A DNA stretch of 64,000 nt from an uncultured Francisella sp. (GTDB taxonomy: Bacteria; Pseudomonadota; Gammaproteobacteria; Francisellales; Francisellaceae). Each line of letters begins with the position of its first letter. Position 1 is the first letter of the stretch. Below, in pieces: positions 32,000 to 41,591 of the stretch. The notes under the pieces are model-generated. The model made no database searches, was not told where the DNA came from, and saw only the letters and a list, made by a program, of their open reading frames with translations. Location of the stretch: NCBI GenBank assembly GCA_965240355.1, contig OZ251217.1:650264-714263 (forward strand). Direction: 5' to 3'. The position numbers and the translations under genes are program-made.

Positions 32000-32980
32000 A
32001 TGCAACTAAGCTATTTTGATTTTATCAAAAAAACTGAAATTACTGCTTCTAAGCTTTTTATAGTTACAGGAGATGAACCTCTACAACGCCATAATGTAGT
32101 AGAAAAGATAATCACAGTTTTTAAAGACAAGAATTACGAAATAGCTAGATATGACCTAACAGAACAAAATCACAATGAATTATATCATGAAGCAGATAGT
32201 TTAAGCCTATTTACTATGGATAAATTGATTCAATTTAATTTTGAAAAACCTCCTTTAAAATCTCTACAACAAGCATTAGTAGAAAACATTCTCAAACCAA
32301 GTGAAAATATCTATCTGCTTATTTTCAATGGTATAAAAAAACAAACTCTAACTACAAAATGGTTTCAAAGCTTAGTTCAAGAAGCTACACATATTCATAT
32401 ATACCAACCAAATATTAATAATGCCATTAATATAATCAATTATGAACTAGAGCAATCAAACTTATCTTTAGACAGAGAAGGCGTGCAAATTCTAGCTCAA
32501 AAAACTGAAGGCAACCTCATTGCTGCCAAGCAAATACTTCAACTACTGTCAAGACAAGAGACTAGTAGTTTTGATGCTCAAACTATAAAACCATTTTTAC
32601 ACAAGCATGCAAGCTTCGATGTGTTTGATCTATCTGATGCAATACTGATGAGACAAAGAGCAAAGGCTTTAAATGTACTAAACAGCATTTTAAATGAAAA
32701 AGATAAGCCACCTCTTATACTTTGGACCATAAAGAAAAAACTTCGCATTGTTTCACAACTACAAACAACTCGACATACCTATCATCAAAAGATTTTTAAA
32801 GATAATAATGTATGGGCTTCAAAACAAAAGTTTTACTCAAACATGGCCAATAGAATCAATAAAGAGATAATCTATGAAAACATGAAAAGGTGCCTGGAAA
32901 TAGACCTATGTATCAAAGGTGCTGTAAAAGGAAATATCTCTCTTCAACTAAATGAAGTGATTTTTGATTTAACTAATTAG
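32000..32980 (+). CDS. holA: DNA polymerase III delta subunit
   Basis: 326 aa with a HolA-like N-terminus (…LFIVTGDEPLQRHNVVEKI…) and a C-terminal helical domain. The assignment rests on overall resemblance only. Confidence 0.65.
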   Translation: MQLSYFDFIKKTEITASKLFIVTGDEPLQRHNVVEKIITVFKDKNYEIARYDLTEQNHNELYHEADSLSLFTMDKLIQFNFEKPPLKSLQQALVENILKPSENIYLLIFNGIKKQTLTTKWFQSLVQEATHIHIYQPNINNAINIINYELEQSNLSLDREGVQILAQKTEGNLIAAKQILQLLSRQETSSFDAQTIKPFLHKHASFDVFDLSDAILMRQRAKALNVLNSILNEKDKPPLILWTIKKKLRIVSQLQTTRHTYHQKIFKDNNVWASKQKFYSNMANRINKEIIYENMKRCLEIDLCIKGAVKGNISLQLNEVIFDLTN

Positions 32981-33116
32981 ATTTTCAATTATTCTTATAT
33001 ACAGAAGAAATGTATTTTCTGCATAAATCTTAACTTTATCTAACAAATTTGTTTACTTTTATTTATCTATTGATATTATTTAGGTAGAGTAAACAAAAAA
33101 AAGGATAGAAATAAAT

Positions 33117-34154
33117 ATGACTATTATGACTGCAGAATACATCTGGATTGATGGTACTGAACCAGTTCCAGCTCTTCGTTCTAAGACTCGTGTACTTCCT
33201 TTTAAAGAAATATTGGATATAAAAGAATTTCCAGAATGGAGCTTTGATGGATCATCTACTAATCAAGCAACTGGCGATGATTCAGACTGTATTCTAAAGC
33301 CGGTTAATTTTGTAATGGATCCACTTAGAGACTGTGGTTATCTTGTACTCTGTGAAGTATATAATCCAGACAACAAAACTCCTCACACAACTAATAACAG
33401 AGCAAAATTACGTGCTGTACTTGAAAACTCAAAAGATCACGATATGTGGGCAGGCTTTGAGCAAGAGTATACAATGTTTAAAGACGGTAGACCTTTAGGT
33501 TGGCCTGCAACTGGCTTCCCTGGACCACAAGGACCATACTACTGTAGTGCTGGTTCTGAGAAAGCATTTGGTCGCGACCTTGTAGAAGCTCATATGCAAG
33601 CATGTATTGATGCTGGTATTTTATTCTACGGAATAAATGCTGAAGTAATGCCTGGACAATGGGAATTCCAAATTGGTTATAGAGATGTAGACGGTGAAGA
33701 TGCTGGGGTCTTAAATGTTTCTGACCATGTTCATTTTGCTAGATGGTTATTAGAAAGACTTGGTGAAGAGTATGATATAGCTATATCTTTCGATAACAAA
33801 CCTATCAAAGGTGACTGGAACGGTGCTGGTATGCACACAAACTTCTCTACTAAAGAAACTAGAGATGCTACAATCGGTAAAAAATCTATCGAGCGTATTG
33901 TTGCTAATTTAGGTAAAAACCATGAAAAAGATATTATGGATTATGGTTTTGGGTTAGATGAAAGACTAACTGGTGCACATGAAACTTGTGGTATTGATAC
34001 TTTCAAGGTTGGTGATGCTGATAGAAGTTGCTCAATCAGAATTCCTCGTCCTGTAGCTATCAAAGGTTATGGCTACTTCGAAGATAGAAGGCCTGGTGCT
34101 AACTCTGATCCATACTTGGTTGTCACAGCTATTGCAACTGCTACTTTCAGTTAA
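33117..34154 (+). CDS. glnA: Glutamine synthetase, type II (eukaryote-like GSII)
   Basis: 345 aa with AEYIWIDGTEPVPALRSKTRVL, EWSFDGSSTNQATGDDSDCILKPV, GWPATGFPGPQGPYYC and NGAGMHTNFS. These are GSII hallmarks, not the roughly 470-aa GSI type. Confidence 0.9.
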   Translation: MTIMTAEYIWIDGTEPVPALRSKTRVLPFKEILDIKEFPEWSFDGSSTNQATGDDSDCILKPVNFVMDPLRDCGYLVLCEVYNPDNKTPHTTNNRAKLRAVLENSKDHDMWAGFEQEYTMFKDGRPLGWPATGFPGPQGPYYCSAGSEKAFGRDLVEAHMQACIDAGILFYGINAEVMPGQWEFQIGYRDVDGEDAGVLNVSDHVHFARWLLERLGEEYDIAISFDNKPIKGDWNGAGMHTNFSTKETRDATIGKKSIERIVANLGKNHEKDIMDYGFGLDERLTGAHETCGIDTFKVGDADRSCSIRIPRPVAIKGYGYFEDRRPGANSDPYLVVTAIATATFS

Positions 34155-34282
34155 TCATAGTATTTTTCTCAAAAAAGCTTTTCAATCTAATTTTTAAATA
34201 CATATAAATTTAAGCTCATTTAATTTCTTTATAGAAAGAATTAAATGAATCTATAAATCTACTCAGAAAAAAGAGATTAAAT

Positions 34283-35830
34283 ATGAAAAAAAATAAACAT
34301 ACTGATATCTGCTCAATTAGTGAAGACCACAATAAAAAAATATTTGAAGTTATCTGTGATAGAGATGGCTATATTACAAAAAAAGATATTATTGATAATC
34401 TACATGCAAATGGAATAGTCCAAGATGATACCCGTATTAAAAAACTTATGCTAAATCTAGATGAGCTTTCAAAAGTCGATAAAATTGACTTTGAGCTTTT
34501 TATGGAAATAAGCTCTGATAGTATAGGAATTATTGAAAAATCAATTAAAAAAGGTTTTATAATCCCTGATTTTGAAGCTTTCAGAGATGAAATTACTGCC
34601 ATATTTGAAGAAACTAAAAAAAATAGATTTGGTAAAAATGCAAGTTATATACCTAAATTAGACAATGTGGACCCAGAACTTTTTGGTGTAGCTTTTTGTA
34701 GTATTGATGGGCAAATAATTACACTTGGGGATTATCTACACCCATACTGTGTGCAATCAACTTCAAAAGCTATAACATACTGTATAGCTACAGAACTTAA
34801 TGGAGAAGATAAAGTACATGAACATGTTGGAAGAGAGCCAAGTGGTGTAACATTTAATGCAATTGCATTAAATAAATACGAACGCCCTCATAACCCTATG
34901 ATAAATTCTGGCGCTATTATGACTTGCTCATTAATCAAACCCGAACTAAATTTAGCAGACAGATTTGAATACATCACAGAGATTTGGCAAAACCTTTCTG
35001 GTGGTGAAACTATAGGTTTTGATAATGCTACATATCATTCAGAAAAAGCTACAGCTGATAGAAACTATGCATTAGCTCACTTCATGAAAGAGGTGCAAGC
35101 TTTTCCTCAAGGTACCGATATTCATACAACCTTAGATTTTTATTTCCAAACATGCTCAATACAGGTCAACGCGAAAAAGATGTCTAAAATAATGTCTACC
35201 ATAGCAAATGGGGGTATTTGTCCTCTAACAAATAAAAAGATATTTTCACCAACAACCATCCGAAACTCGTTATCAATGATGTACTCTTGCGGTATGTATG
35301 ACTTTTCTGGGGAGTACGCTTTCTCAGTTGGCTTACCTGCAAAATCAGGAGTCTCTGGAGCATTAGTGATTGCTATTCCTAATGTTGGTGGCTTTGCAAT
35401 ATTCTCTCCTCCTCTAGATAATAACCAAAACTCTGTTAGAGGTGTAGAATTTAGTAGAAGATTAGTTGAAAAATTTAGATTTCACAACTATGACCAAATA
35501 GGTAATAATGAAAAAATTAGCCCTATTGAAAATCGTATGATGGTCGAGTCTAACCTTACTTTCGAACTGATTTGGGCTGCAAGTATAGGAGATATATCCG
35601 AAGTAAGAAGAAGCGTTGCATTAGGTGCTGATGTAAATAAGGGTGATTATGATAATCGTACAGCTCTTCACTTAGCTGCTGCAGAAGGTCAAGAAAATGT
35701 TGTAAAGTACCTACTTAGTAAAGGTGCTGATGCAAATGCAAAAGACAGATGGAAACTCAAACCAATTGACGATGCAAAAATCAATAATTATGATAGTATT
35801 GTTAAAATGTTAGATGAAGCAATGAAATAA
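34283..35830 (+). CDS. Glutaminase with N-terminal EF-hand-like domain and C-terminal ankyrin repeats (metazoan GLS-type architecture)
   Basis: The core reads YIPKLDNVDPELFGVAFCSIDGQ…VQSTSKAITY…GREPSGVTFNAIALN…PHNPMINSGAIM (serine-dependent glutaminase). The C-terminus DYDNRTALHLAAAEGQENVVKYLLSKGADANAKDRWKLKPIDDA is an ankyrin pair like that of kidney-type glutaminase. Confidence 0.88.
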   Translation: MKKNKHTDICSISEDHNKKIFEVICDRDGYITKKDIIDNLHANGIVQDDTRIKKLMLNLDELSKVDKIDFELFMEISSDSIGIIEKSIKKGFIIPDFEAFRDEITAIFEETKKNRFGKNASYIPKLDNVDPELFGVAFCSIDGQIITLGDYLHPYCVQSTSKAITYCIATELNGEDKVHEHVGREPSGVTFNAIALNKYERPHNPMINSGAIMTCSLIKPELNLADRFEYITEIWQNLSGGETIGFDNATYHSEKATADRNYALAHFMKEVQAFPQGTDIHTTLDFYFQTCSIQVNAKKMSKIMSTIANGGICPLTNKKIFSPTTIRNSLSMMYSCGMYDFSGEYAFSVGLPAKSGVSGALVIAIPNVGGFAIFSPPLDNNQNSVRGVEFSRRLVEKFRFHNYDQIGNNEKISPIENRMMVESNLTFELIWAASIGDISEVRRSVALGADVNKGDYDNRTALHLAAAEGQENVVKYLLSKGADANAKDRWKLKPIDDAKINNYDSIVKMLDEAMK

Positions 35831-35879
35831 CTTATTTGATTTTTATTGTAGTTAATTAATTTAATAAAGTAAAAATTAA

Positions 35880-36350
35880 TATTTGTAATTCGCTGACTAC
35901 AAACTCCTATCTATATGCTTTTGTCATTTGTACTTGTTGGCTTTATCTATAAAATATATCATGTGCTATATATTATTTACTTCTTTAGGAAGATTGGATA
36001 AAGATAAACTAATCATACTAGCTCTAACTCTATGTGATGTGGTTCTTGTTGAAAACTTAATTGTTATAGTTGTAATTAATGGCTATGAAAATTTTGTTAT
36101 CAAGATCAAACTAGAAAAAAGATGTGGCGAAAAGCAACTTTGGATCAAAAAATTATCTCCAAATGTTGTTAAACTAAAGATTGCCGGCTCTATTATAGGT
36201 ATATCTTTTATTTCTTTACTAAAGAAATTCTTAGAGATTTCTCAGACATCCGACAGAGATCTAATTTGAGCTGCTGTGATTCATATAATATTTGTAATAT
36301 CTGCTTTACTTATAGCTACTACTTCATATATAGAAGGTCAATCTCACGGA
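35880..36350 (+). pseudogene. yqhA: UPF0114/YqhA-family membrane protein pseudogene
   Basis: Reads …IR*LQTPIYMLLSFVLVGFIYKIYHVL (TGA at 35894-35896), then a frameshift into ORF 35928-36269 (…VVINGYENFV…KLKIAGSIIGISFISLLKKF…DRDLI*, TGA at 36267-36269), then AAVIHIIFVISALLIA…. The 3' end meets the IS200/IS605 element. The family match is from memory of E. coli YqhA. Confidence 0.65.
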
Positions 36351-36351
36351 G

Positions 36352-37637
36352 CTAGCTATTATGATGATCATTAGGATTTGACATTCTTCCCCAGCTAAAG
36401 CAAGGGGATTCATAGTTAAAATAAGGTAATACTATCTCACGATTTCTTACAGATTCCTGTTTCATAGTAGCTACCAATGTATCTACTCCACAGGCTAACA
36501 TCGTTTGCCCAAAGACTAATATATTTTTAGCTGCATTTATATCAGCATTTTCTTTATGAACACAAGATTTACAATCAAATTTAGCTTGTGATAGCCTATT
36601 ATCACTATCTTTGTAGCCACAATTAGAACAGGTTTGACTAGTATATCTAGGGTTTAGCCTGATTACTTCACCACCATTCAAAGCACTTTTGTATTCAAGC
36701 TGTCTCGTGAACTCATACCAGCCTTGATCAAGTATAGCTTTATTAAGTCCTGACTTAGCTTTAACATTCTTGCCTTTGCTCTCTACTGTGCCTTTAACTG
36801 ATTTACTCATATTGGCTATTTTTAGGTCTTCAATGAATATTCTTGTGTGGCTCTTACAGATTTCATTACTAACCTTGTGTATATAGTCTTTACGAGTATT
36901 AGCTATTTTTGAATGTAGTTGTGTTATCTTCTTTTTTTGTTTGTACCAATTACTAGAAAACTTAACTTTTTTAGATAGTTTTCTTTGCTCTTTGGCTCAT
37001 TTATTTTGATTATTTTTAAAGCTGTTGTTAGGTAGCTTTTGTTGACCATTACTTAATGAAACAAACTTAGAAATACCTAAATCTATACCTATATCTTTAG
37101 GTTCTCTATACTTGTCTATAGATATTTCTTTTTCTATTTGAATTGATATATACCAATGTCCACCACTATACCAAACAGTAGCATTTTTGATTTCACCATC
37201 TATTTTACAACTAGAGTCAAAGTCTATCCAACCTAACTTAGGTAAAAATATTCTACGATTATCGAGCTTTAATTGATTAGGTACTATATATCTAAGAACT
37301 ATGAATATTTCTTTTTCTCTTAGTAGGCATTAGCTTATTTTGTTGTTTTTTATCAAAAGCATCTTTGTATGCTTTGTCTAAGTCTTTTAGCTTCTGCTGT
37401 ATTAAATGTGCAGGTGCTTCTGCTAAACAACTGTATTCATCAGATTTTTTTGAGAAGTTTAGAAAAATAGTCCATTTCAGAGTATCGCATAATGCGATAG
37501 CCGTTAGACAAGCTATGTTTGTTCAGTCTCCAAAAATAGTTCCATACAAAACGACAATGATCAGCAAAAGACCAAAGCTTTTGCTCTAACTCATCATTAG
37601 TCTTTAATCTGTATTTGTATGCTTTACCATCTATCAT
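36352..37637 (-). pseudogene. tnpB: TnpB (IS605 OrfB, RuvC-like RNA-guided nuclease family) pseudogene
   Basis: The N-terminal fragment is ORF 37440-37637 (MIDGKAYKYRLKTNDELEQKLWSFADHCRFVWNYF). The middle is readable only across frameshifts and an in-frame TGA (…NNQNK*AKEQRKLSKK…). The C-terminal ORF 36352-36810 has the zinc finger CSNCGYKDSDNRLSQAKFDCKSCVHKENADINAAKNI. Confidence 0.85.
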
Positions 37638-37683
37638 TAAAAATATATACTATTAGTCTAATAATTAGATTATATCATTTTGT

Positions 37684-38107
37684 ATGGCAAGAAAACCAGA
37701 AAGTAATGAAATTAGAGCAGGTAGACACTGTAGGTTTTTAATGCATGTGTATTTGGTCTTTGTCTCTAACATATAGCAAATGTGTTTTTACAAAAAATCA
37801 CTTAGATACTATGAAACAGATATTTACAAAGATATGTAATGACTATGAAGCAGAGCTAGTAGAATTTGATGGAGAGAAAGACCATGTTCATTTACTAGTT
37901 AATTACCCACCTAAAGTGGCTATATCTAAGCTAGTGAATAGTTTGAAAGGTGTATCTAGTAGAAGATTAAGACAATCTCATGGAGATATACACCAATATT
38001 ATTAGAAAGGCGTGTTATGGTCGCCTAGTTATTTTGCTGGTAGTTGTGGTGGTGCTCCTATCAATATATTTAAACAATACATTGAACAACGGAAAACACC
38101 ACACTAA
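37684..38107 (+). pseudogene. tnpA: IS200-type Y1 transposase TnpA pseudogene
   Basis: Reads MARKPESNEIRAGRHCRFLMHVYLVFV, a frameshift, then TYSKCVFTKNHLDTMKQIF…EFDGEKDHVHLLVNYPPKVAISKLVNSLKGVSSRRLR…QYY* (TAG at 38003-38005), then KGVLWSPSYFAGSCGGAPINIFKQYIEQRKTPH*. Confidence 0.85.
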
Positions 38108-38183
38108 AATATTGCTATTGAAATGTGCTTTATATCACACATCTTAAGAAAGGTGTTTTACGGCACGGTTTGATAAAAAACAT

Positions 38184-38505
38184 ATGAAAAAAATTGCAAT
38201 TGTTATTATCCTAGCTGTAAGAATTGTAACTTACTTTTTAGTTTTTGATCAAAATATTCTCCCAAAATGTAACTCAGCCAAAGTACAATTAAACTCCATA
38301 GTGAAAGATATACTAGGGGCAAACAAGCTCTCAGAAAGACGTTAGATATAAGATTTCAAATATGCAAGAAACAAAAGTTCTCGAGCATAGTAGAGTTTGT
38401 AAAGCACAGCTTAATTTCAAAGATGGTACTAACACTAGCATTTCTTATGCTATAGAAAATAATAAATCAGGTAAAATCGAAGTAAGAATTATTGCTGGAG
38501 GATAA
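38184..38505 (+). pseudogene. Small secreted/membrane-anchored hypothetical protein, frameshifted
   Basis: Reads MKKIAIVIILAV…NSAKVQLNSIVKDILGANKLSERR*, then in another frame …ISNMQETKVLEHSRVCKAQLNFKDGTNTSISYAIENNKSGKIEVRIIAGG*. No family recognised; weak call. Confidence 0.3.
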
Positions 38506-38566
38506 TACAAATTATCTATTGTTCATAACTAATGTTAGTTAATAAACATCAGTTATTAATATAATA

Positions 38567-40255
38567 CTACTCAGTCTTCATGTGCGGGAATAAAATCACA
38601 TCTCTTATAGACTGTGAATTTGTCAGATACATTACAAGTCTATCTATACCAATACCTTGACCAGCTGTTGGAGGCATACCGTATTCTAAAGCTCTGATAT
38701 AGTCTTTGTCATAAGGCATAGCTTCATCGTCACCACCTGCAGCATCTTCAACTTGCTTCTTCAATCTTTCTGCTTGGTCTTGTGCATCATTAAGCTCAGA
38801 GAAACCGTTTGCGATCTCTCTAGCACCTATGAAAAACTCAAATCTATCAGTGAAGCTAGGGTTGCCATCTTGTCTACGCGCTAACGGAGAAACTACAGCA
38901 GGATAATCCGTGATAAATGTTGGCTGAATAAGCTTATGCTCAGCTACTTCTTCAAATATCTCATTGATAAGGTGACCTAGCTCATAGAAAGACTCTACTT
39001 TAAGTTTTAAGCTTTCTGCAATTGCTTTAGCTTTATCAAAATTAGCTAAATCTTCTTTTGTAATATTATCACTATGCTTAACAATAGCATCTAACATTGA
39101 GATTCGTTCGTATTTCCCAGCAAAGTTAATTTTATGCTCACCATACTCTAGCTCAGTTGAGCCTGTAACTTCTTGTACTAGCTTATATAGCATGTCTTCT
39201 GTTAGATCCATAAGGTCATTATAGTCAGCATACGCCATGTAGAACTCTAGCATTGTAAATTCTGGATTATGTCTTGAAGATACACCTTCATTACGGAAGT
39301 TACGATTTATCTCGTAAACACGCTCAAAACCGCCCACAACGAGCCTTTTTAGATAAAGCTCTGGAGCTATACGCAAATACAATGGTATATCTAAAGCATT
39401 GTGATAAGTTCTAAATGGTTTTGCAGCAGCTCCACCTTGTAGGACATGCATCATAGGAGTTTCAACTTCCATGAAATTAATATTATCAAAGTAATTACGG
39501 ATAAAGCTAACAACTTTTGAACGCACTTTAAATACACCACGAGCCTTTTCATTTGTGATAAGATCAACATATCTTTGACGGTATCTCATCTCTTGATCTG
39601 CAAGACCATGGAATTTATCTGGTAGTGGGCGAATTGCTTTTGTTAAAACCTCAAAATAATTAGCCTCAACAGAAAGCTCGCCTGTATTTGTTTTAAACAT
39701 AGCGCCCGAAACACCAACTATATCACCAATATCACATAAGTTTTTGAAGGTATCATACTGAACTTCTGGTAATTCGCTCTTTTTTAAATAAACTTGTACA
39801 CGACCTGAATAATCTTGTAGCGTAAGAAACGAAGCTTTACCCATTACACGGCGTAGAACTACTCTACCTGTTACACTATATCGCTTTTTGTTTTCAAGGT
39901 CTTCTAATTCTGTTTTTGTCAAGTTTGCATATTTTTTTTGTAAATCATTTGCTACAGCATTTCTTCTAAAGCTGTTTGGATGACTTATACCATTATTTTT
40001 ATCTGCTAAAGATTGAAGTTTTTCTTTTCTCAAAGTCATCTGAGAGATTTCTTGTAGATCTGTGATTTGTTTTTTCACTAATGATTCTGATAGCTTTTTT
40101 AGGCCATCACTTTTTTCATCAAGACCTTTTTCAGTTATGATTCTTTGCACTTTCTCACTAATCTTGCCTCTTACAGCATCTTTCATTACAATTTCATTTG
40201 ATTCTAAATACTCTTCCATTGAAACTTTGATTAAATCTTTTAATTTACTACTCAT
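38567..40255 (-). CDS. lysS: Lysyl-tRNA synthetase, class II, with N-terminal extension
   Basis: Class II motifs (…FMEVETPMM…, …FRNEG…, …GIGIDRLVM…) and an OB-fold RVMGKASF. The start is taken at MSSKLKDL (40255-40253) rather than the track's upstream Met (40285). Confidence 0.95.
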   Translation of the reverse strand: MSSKLKDLIKVSMEEYLESNEIVMKDAVRGKISEKVQRIITEKGLDEKSDGLKKLSESLVKKQITDLQEISQMTLRKEKLQSLADKNNGISHPNSFRRNAVANDLQKKYANLTKTELEDLENKKRYSVTGRVVLRRVMGKASFLTLQDYSGRVQVYLKKSELPEVQYDTFKNLCDIGDIVGVSGAMFKTNTGELSVEANYFEVLTKAIRPLPDKFHGLADQEMRYRQRYVDLITNEKARGVFKVRSKVVSFIRNYFDNINFMEVETPMMHVLQGGAAAKPFRTYHNALDIPLYLRIAPELYLKRLVVGGFERVYEINRNFRNEGVSSRHNPEFTMLEFYMAYADYNDLMDLTEDMLYKLVQEVTGSTELEYGEHKINFAGKYERISMLDAIVKHSDNITKEDLANFDKAKAIAESLKLKVESFYELGHLINEIFEEVAEHKLIQPTFITDYPAVVSPLARRQDGNPSFTDRFEFFIGAREIANGFSELNDAQDQAERLKKQVEDAAGGDDEAMPYDKDYIRALEYGMPPTAGQGIGIDRLVMYLTNSQSIRDVILFPHMKTE

Positions 40256-40340
40256 TTTTTTACCCTGTAATTGTTTGTTGCACATTAGCGGTTAAGTAGT
40301 TCATAAAACAAATGAGTAGTAAATTAAAAGATTTAATCAA
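40227..40340. repeat. Perfect 31-bp inverted repeat (arms 40227-40257 and 40310-40340, 52-nt spacer) spanning the lysS start codon
   Basis: Direct reading shows that ttgattaaatcttttaatttactactcattt is the exact reverse complement of aaatgagtagtaaattaaaagatttaatcaa. Confidence 0.95.
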
Positions 40341-40491
40341 TTTTCAAAATTGACGAGTTTTTTATTTTCCATTTGTTTTAAACTACGATAGCGTAGCTAG
40401 GCAGTTTTGCATACTTTTTCTGCCATGAAAAAAAGTATGTCGCTATAACTTACGAAGTATAGTAGCGAAAGTCTATCTATATAGCTGTTTA

Positions 40492-41581
40492 TTATAACCC
40501 ACTTTTCAAGCTAGCTTCAATAAACTTATCCAAATCACCGTCTAATACCGCTTGGGTATTTGAACTTTCAACACCTGTACGCAAATCTTTGATACGTGAT
40601 TGGTCGAGCACATACGAACGAATTTGACTACCCCATCCTATATCTGACTTAGAATCTTCAAGGGCATCTTTTTCTGTATTGCGTTTTTGAAGCTCTAGCT
40701 CATAGAGCTTAGATTTAAGTTGCTTCATCGCGCGCTCTCTATTTTTATGTTGCGACCTATAACTTTGACTTTGCACCACAGTGCTTGTAGGTAAATGAGT
40801 TATACGCATTGCTGAGTCGGTTTTATTGACATGCTGACCTCCAGCACCACTTGCACGATAAGTATCTATACGCAAATCTGCTGGGTTGATTTCTATATCA
40901 ATATCATCATCTACTTCTGGTGAAATAAACGCTGATGCAAATGAAGTGTGTCTTTTACTGTTTGAATCAAAAGGTGACTTTCTTACAAGTCTATGAATAC
41001 CTGTCTCGGTGCGTAGCCAACCGTAAGCATATTCACCTTCAATCTTTAGCGTACAACCCTTTATACCTGCCACATCTCCATCAGAGACATCATCAACAGT
41101 CACTTTAAAACCATGATTATCTGCCAAACGCATATACATACGCATCAGCATTTCAGCCCAGTCTTGTGCTTCTGTACCACCAGAACCTGACTGTATTTCC
41201 AGAAACGCATTATTTGCATCCATCTGTCCTGAAAACATACTACGAAACTCTAATTTCTCAATATCTTCAAGTAATGTTTGAGTATCTTTTACAATCTCCT
41301 CAAGCAATGATTCATCGCCATCAGCCATCTCTAAAAGCTCGTTGAGGGCTTTTAAAGTATCGCATATATTATCACAATTATGTACGACACCTTCTAATGC
41401 AACTTTTTGTTTTACAAGATTTTGAGCGTATTCGGGATTGTCCCACACAGAAACATCTTCTAGCTCCATAAGGACTTCGACTAGCTTTTCTTTTTTAACA
41501 TCATAGTCAAAGATAGTCTCGTAACGATTTAATACGAGCCGTTAGGTCTTTTAACAAAGTTTTATAATTTATAGATTCCAT
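40492..41581 (-). CDS. prfB: Peptide chain release factor 2 (requires programmed +1 frameshift)
   Basis: Frame 0 from the ATG at 41581-41579 reads [24 protein letters not shown], then TGA. The +1 frame continues [26 protein letters not shown]… into track ORF 40492-41469, which contains [14 protein letters not shown] (GGQ) and an SPF-type region. Confidence 0.95.
41506..41512 (-). promoter_or_regulatory. RF2 programmed +1 frameshift site CTT TGA C
   Basis: The minus-strand sequence is TAT CTT TGA CTA, with the in-frame TGA at the complement of 41507-41509. It is identical to the canonical prfB slippery site. Confidence 0.88.
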
Positions 41582-41591
41582 TTTATAGTTT

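Larger units (their letters stand above)
36352..38107. mobile_element. IS200/IS605-family element (divergent tnpA and tnpB, both inactivated); outer boundaries approximate
   Basis: Contains Y1-transposase and TnpB remnants back to back (see the next two features). The exact LE/RE ends are not determined. A subterminal hairpin lies at 36389-36407. Confidence 0.8.

Noticed and set aside
35928-36269. 113-aa ORF that could be annotated as an intact hypothetical membrane protein.
   Set aside because: It is the middle of a YqhA-family gene whose N-terminal part lies upstream in another frame behind a TGA. Its C-terminal part continues after the TGA at 36267-36269. I therefore treat it as a pseudogene fragment.
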